IMG/VR virus record: IMGVR_UViG_2061766007_000520
Direction: 5' to 3' (one strand)
Source: an uncultured virus (IMG/VR IMGVR_UViG_2061766007_000520)
Lineage: Duplodnaviria > Heunggongvirae > Uroviricota > Caudoviricetes
DNA length: 20,000 nt
Part shown: piece after piece, positions 14,192 through 20,000 of the stretch
Layout of the letters: every line of letters begins with the position of its first letter
How positions within the stretch are numbered: the first letter of the stretch is position 1
Notes under the pieces: model-generated
What the model saw: only the letters and a program-made list of their open reading frames with translations
Database searches by the model: none
Told to the model about the DNA's origin: nothing
Made by a program: the position numbers and the translations under genes

Positions 14192-17100
14192 ATGGAGAAC
14201 GGACAGAAAGCTAACATCCCCCTCGATTCGGGACTTGACATAAAGAGTTCGGATATGCTTGTTCCTGTTGACAAGCCGCAGTTCCAGCACAACAGGCAGA
14301 AGTATCAGGGAAGGTATCTGCCCTCTTCAGTACGCTTTGAGCACAACGGCTGGGCCGCCGGCAACGATGTCTACGAGTTCGATGTGGCCGAGGCAGAGAC
14401 TAAAATCGGTGATTTTACAGTCATACGCAGGACGCTCAATGATAATCCTACTTATGAGATTAGATTGCTTGACATGGACAGGAACATCCTTGCTACATTG
14501 ATTTATAATGCTACAGGAAGCATACGTGACTATACTGCTGATTCATGCGAGATTATTGACGGTCATGTGCAGGGTATGTTCAACAATAAGCCGTTTAACC
14601 TTGTTTACAGCAAAGACGACATAAAGCTTGTGCCTGTTGAGGGCACAGGTGATAGCCCTGACGTACATCTTGATGAGTTTGAGATGCTTCCGGGGTATCT
14701 GTCAAAGATTAAGCTGTATGATGAATCTACAAGAATACAGCTTTATTTTGCGGGTATGCTTTTGCCTACTGATGAGATTTATAACGGTAGTTACCTTTTC
14801 GGTAAGTTCCTGCGTTTCGTTGAGAATGTGTCCAAGTGGCAGTGTGGAAGCTACACGTTCATATTCGATAATTCCGGTAATGAGCCGAGCATATCGGTGC
14901 TTGACAATGAAGGCAATGCTCTTGTGCTTACAGACGAGAGCATAATCTCTGTTCCCGATTCGGATGAGTTTGATGTTTCTTTTGGTACATCTTTACAGTG
15001 CAGAACAGATTTTAATTCTAGTTTACATGAGTTTTTTCCATTTTTTAAGAATGTAGTTGGTACAGCTCCCGGTAATAATATGTGTGTACATTATTCAGCA
15101 GATAAGACATATACATATAACAGGTGGGGTTTTACTGTAGATAATATACCAGCTGAGGGTACTAATGTAGAGGGTGAAAAAGAATCTTTTTTATATCGTA
15201 ATTATGTAGATAGTCACACAGATTTTAACTANNNNNNNNNNNNNNNNNNNNNNNNNNNACCTGTATGGACAGGTGTAAGTGCGCTACGAAAAACAATAGG
15301 CACACCTACTGAGCAGCTTAGCAGTAGTTATATAAAAGTGTATGATGGCTTTGCGGATAAAAATGGCTATTATGACCAGAATAGAAGTAGCCTGTGGGTG
15401 TTGATGGGGCATGGTGCAGAAACAGNNNNNNNNNNNNNNNNNNNNNNNNNNNNNNNNNNNNNNNNNNNNNNNNNNNNNGCGCGGTTGCCAAGTGCGTTGT
15501 ATAATGAGTTACAAAGTTTTAATATAAACAGTCTTGTTACACATGCACCACAAAGTTTTGGTGGTAATGGCATAAATCTACACGGTACATTATGGAAAGG
15601 AACAGTACAGTCTGATATAGTTGTTAATAGCGNNNNNNNNNNNNNNNNNNNNNNNNNNNNNNNNNNNNNNNNNNNNNNNNNNNNNNNNNNACATAACGTT
15701 CGTGCAGATAAAACTATTACGCTTACGGAGAGGGAAATCTTTAATGTCACAACTTCTAGGGACAATAATAATGCTTATTTGCCATTTATAAATGATATTG
15801 TGTCTGATTCATATAGGTCACTTGNNNNNNNNNNNNNNNNNNNNNNNNNNCTTCACAGGCAGACCAGCCTACTACGCATATGTCAAAAATACAGGTAGAC
15901 ATTAGCATACCTGATATTATTGTGGACAGTTCTATTTTTGGTAGTGGGCGTGGTTCTTATTCACGTAGTATAGTAGCAACGTCTACTAATGGTTACAACG
16001 TTGACCAACTTCTTAGGACTACACCAGATAATCCGGATANNNNNNNNNNNNNNNNNNNNNNNATACAGGTGATGTATTCAGTGTGCCAAATGCTTTGCAT
16101 GAGATATATAGAGGTACTTTTTCAAATGCTAGTGGCTATTTCGTTGGTATGTGCTCCCAAGGTAGGCTCAGGTCAGATTTGTATATCTCAAAAGACGCAT
16201 TACTAGACAATACATTAGATAAGTCTTATTTTGACATTGAACCTGTTACACCAGATGTATCTGATGGGTATATTGATTTGAGTGAATTATTTGAGCATAA
16301 AGTAATAAAGGCTACCTGTAGTGATAATCTTGAGGTAGATGTATACGTGTGTGCTAAGCAGGATGTTCAATACCTTTATTACACAAGAGAGGGTACAGTC
16401 AATCCAGATAATATGCCTGCATATATAAAGTACAATACGCTTGATACATCAGTAAATAATAGTGCAGGTGCTATGCAACGTGTAGCAATAAAGCCAGATT
16501 ATGATATACAAGCTATACGTGATTCAGACTATAATCTTGGCATAGCGGTTACAGGTANNNNNNNNNNNNNNNNNNNNNNNNNNNNNNNNNNNGCGCTTAT
16601 AGAAAACTTAGATGATAAACTAGCAACCGCTAGTTATTTACCGGGAAATGATTTTGTAGAAAAAGTGCTGCCTTCACTTGTAGACAGTACGTCTTTTACT
16701 GTAGATACAGCTATTGGGTATATAGATATTACTGTATCAGATGCTACAAGTGATTTAGACTATATAAAGGAGTATTCTCAAAAGATTACAGCATATATAG
16801 CTAATGTGGCAGTGTATGCCTTTATATATAATCCGATATTACGCGAAGTATCTAATATTTATACTCCAGATATGCAGACAGAAATACAGAACATAACATT
16901 TAATGGTGTGACATTGGGTGTATCTAGTTCTGCGCCATCTGATAATAGAATAAATGTCTTTAGTATACTTTATACCTGTAGCGTGGTATATGCTTTTAGG
17001 ATGGCAATATCTGCTGCAGTAGATAGTTCAATGGCACTTGTGCATTTTGAGAATAATATAGCAGTAGTAGATACTATTTATAATAGTGATAGATACATTA

Positions 17101-20000
17101 GACTTACTCTTGATTTTGACATGCGACAGGTTATTGTGTCAGAATCTTATGATGAAGGTGAAACGTATACTGTTCCTAGAGATTGCGATGAGGTATGGGC
17201 ATCTTACTATGCCGTAGATATTACCTATGACGGTTCTGCGCTTATTACAGCTGTTCTTGAGGGTATTTATGATTTCATCAATTTCACTTCAGCACAATAT
17301 CTGAGCAGCATAATACGTGTTATGTATGACGGTCAGACATTAGATATACCTAAAGTTATGCTCACATCAGGTATAGGTTGCTTTTATACGGATGTAAGAA
17401 AAAAACAGCTTAATAGAGTGCAATTTGCAGAAATTAAGACTGATTCAGAGTTTCAGTTTTTGCGGCAGCAGTGGGAAACAGATACCNNNNNNNNNNNNNN
17501 NNNNNNNNNNNNNNNNGATGACACGCATATTCTTGTGCTCACAAGGGATGAGTTTCATCTTATGGAAAAGACAGATAGGCTTGATGATTGGGGCGGTGAT
17601 GTATTTAACAAGATACATGAATGGAAACGCTCTGATTTAATTGATTCACGTACACAGGAGTATTTCTGCTCGTCAGCAAACAATGATACTGCTAAACTTA
17701 TTTGTGCTTCCTATAATTCGGGTACATTGTACATAGACGTATATGACCCATTACTTGAAGATGACATGATTGCCAACAAGATACGTGTGTATCTTGGTAC
17801 GGCAGTGCATGATATTACTACAGGAGGCACTTATCTTAATACACCTAGCATAGCTAATACTGCTCTGCTCAACATGTTCACGAGAATACCAACGGATGTG
17901 CTCATTACACAGTCAAAATGGTCAGCTACCTGTATAGGCAGCTATCTTATACTTGGTATTCATTATGATAATAACTTTAACCAGTGGGCTATTGTAATAA
18001 GCATATTGTCCAGTGAGATTATCCGCGTTATACATGGCTATGGTTTTGTCGGTGTAGACGGAACGCTTACCGGTGGTGAGATACCTGCTAAATATTTTGA
18101 TGTTGATATTGGTTTTATTGGTAAAATAGAACCTATCGAGGATTTAAAACAGGAAGGAAATGACCTTGGAGTGAAGTCTATTGATACCCTTTGGACTGTG
18201 CATGAGCGCATAGTAGGTACGCCTGAGCAGCAGTGGTACATAGACAAAGAAATCACAAGTATTGTGTCGCATCTTAGATACATTGGTAATGGTCGGTTTG
18301 AATCTGTTGAGCTTAAACTGAACAACAATTATTCAGTCAATTACGATTCGGCATCTTATGCTTCATCAGTATTATCAGATACAGGCCTTACTGCAGAAGC
18401 AGTTGAAAAAGCGTTGCCCATTGCTAATACAGTGTGGAATGGAATACTACAATCATGGCTATACCCTGTCATTTACTACTTTGCACCAAAAATATCCGTG
18501 ATGAACTATTTGCAGCAGACTTTAGGTCAGGCAGCTTATGTCCACTATAACTCNNNNNNNNNNNNNNNNNNNNNNNNNNNNNNNNNNNNNNNNNNNNNNN
18601 NNNNNNNNNNNNNNNNNNNNNNNNNNNNNNNNNNNNNNNNNNNNNNNNNNNNNNNNNNNNNNNNNNNNNNNNNNNNNNNNNNNNNNNNNNNNNNNNNNNN
18701 NNNNNNNNNNNNNNNNNNNNNNNNNNNNNNNNNNNNNNNNNNNNNNNNNNNNNNNNNNNNNNNNNNNNNNNNNNNNNNNNNNNNNNNNNNNNNNNNNNNN
18801 NNNNNNNNNNNNNNNNNNNNNNNNNNNNNNNNNNNNNNNNNNNNNNNNNNNNNNNNNNNNNNNNNNNNNNNNNNNNNNNNNNNNNNNNNNNNNNNNNNNN
18901 NNNNNNNNNNNNNNNNNNNNNNNNNNNNNNNNNNNNNNNNNNNNNNNNNNNNNNNNNNNNNNNNNNNNNNNNNNNNNNNNNNNNNNNNNNNNNNNNNNNN
19001 NNNNNNNNNNNNNNNNNNNNNNNNNNNNNNNNNNNNNNNNNNNNNNNNNNNNNNNNNNNNNNNNNNNNNNNNNNNNNNNNNNNNNNNNNNNNNNNNNNNN
19101 NNNNNNNNNNNNNNNNNNNNNNNNNNNNNNNNNNNNNNNNNNNNNNNNNNNNNNNNNNNNNNNNNNNNNNNNNNNNNNNNNNNNNNNNNNNNNNNNNNNN
19201 NNNNNNNNNNNNNNNNNNNNNNNNNNNNNNNNNNNNNNNNNNNNNNNNNNNNNNNNNNNNNNNNNNNNNNNNNNNNNNNNNNNNNNNNNNNNNNNNNNNN
19301 NNNNNNNNNNNNNNNNNNNNNNNNNNNNNNNNNNNNNNNNNNNNNNNNNNNNNNNNNNNNNNNNNNNNNNNNNNNNNNNNNNNNNNNNNNNNNNNNNNNN
19401 NNNNNNNNNNNNNNNNNNNNNNNNNNNNNNNNNNNNNNNNNNNNNNNNNNNNNNNNNNNNNNNNNNACAGCCTAATTTCACTACGGTTACCATATCCGGT
19501 GATATACGTGATAAGTTCAAGGGTGATGTGCCATATTTTGTTGCTATGGTAAAAGGAAAGCATAAGACTGTTACTCTTCCTGAAAGAATGGCATACGTTA
19601 TCGGTACGGAATCATTCTTGCCTGCTTCCGATTTTAAGAATCGGGCTATAGGCGAGAGTGCTCCGGTGTTCCCTACGCCGCCATTTCAGGACTATATAAT
19701 TGACGAAAGATGGCAGCTTGCACAGACTGCATCTGTTGGCATGACAACATGGGTCAGCTGCCGTGACACGAAGCTTATTGACGGTGACTTCAGCAACATA
19801 GTCGTTACCGATAGTTTCTGCGGCGTTGCCTGTCCTTATACAGCTATTGAGGTAAAACGTGGCATAGACAAGAAATACATAAGACCTTGGGCCGTTACTC
19901 CGAACGCTATCGCGATAAACAATACAGGTATCAACTGTATGTTTGAGGAAAAGGCATATCATGCTTTTGACGGTTACGGCAGCCGCATTGTCAACTGGAC
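14192..20000 (+). CDS. Giant putative virion structural (tail/adsorption) protein, >1900 codons, split by N gaps, 3' partial
   Basis: AGGAGG RBS; every sequenced block between gaps has an open + frame, including QPNFTTVTISGD...GSRIVNW at 19468-20000; frame changes occur only at N runs. Confidence 0.65.

Larger units (their letters stand above)
1..20000. mobile_element. Tailed dsDNA bacteriophage genome segment (early small-ORF arm divergent from packaging/structural arm)
   Basis: Terminase motifs, ParB-like gene upstream, portal-sized gene downstream, phage-type SSB, about 22 tightly packed small ORFs; no housekeeping genes. Confidence 0.93.

Noticed and set aside
8521..16062. Programmed frameshifts or pseudogenes in the ParB-like, terminase and giant genes
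   Set aside because: Every frame change coincides with an N run of uncertain length
8752..19962. Minus-strand ORFs in the right arm (10093-10788, 13215-13910, 18469-19563, 19612-19962 etc.)
   Set aside because: Antisense to terminase, portal and giant ORFs, or composed mostly of N
1..20000. Alternative genetic code (stop-codon reassignment)
   Set aside because: Standard code gives dense coding with intact long genes, and TAA, TAG and TGA all act as stops next to downstream RBSs

Overview
The window looks like part of a tailed dsDNA bacteriophage genome; a Treponema-style SSB suggests a spirochaete host. It has two divergent arms. The left arm (1-~7270, minus strand) is a dense array of about 22 small, mostly uncharacterised early/host-takeover-type ORFs plus an SSB. 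These follow sigma70-like promoters and are punctuated by a repeated unit on the coding strand: GAACAGCAG, a perfect ~25-bp palindrome, AAGGGGG, then ATG. The palindromes show compensatory changes, flipped loops and one collapsed copy. A ~1 kb non-coding region (7270-8250) with direct repeats separates the arms. The right arm (8259-end, plus strand) encodes a ParB-like protein, a terminase that appears to be a small+large subunit fusion, two unknown genes, a probable portal and a giant (>1900 codon) putative virion protein. Many N gaps have inexact lengths and break reading frames, so several split ORFs are probably single genes.
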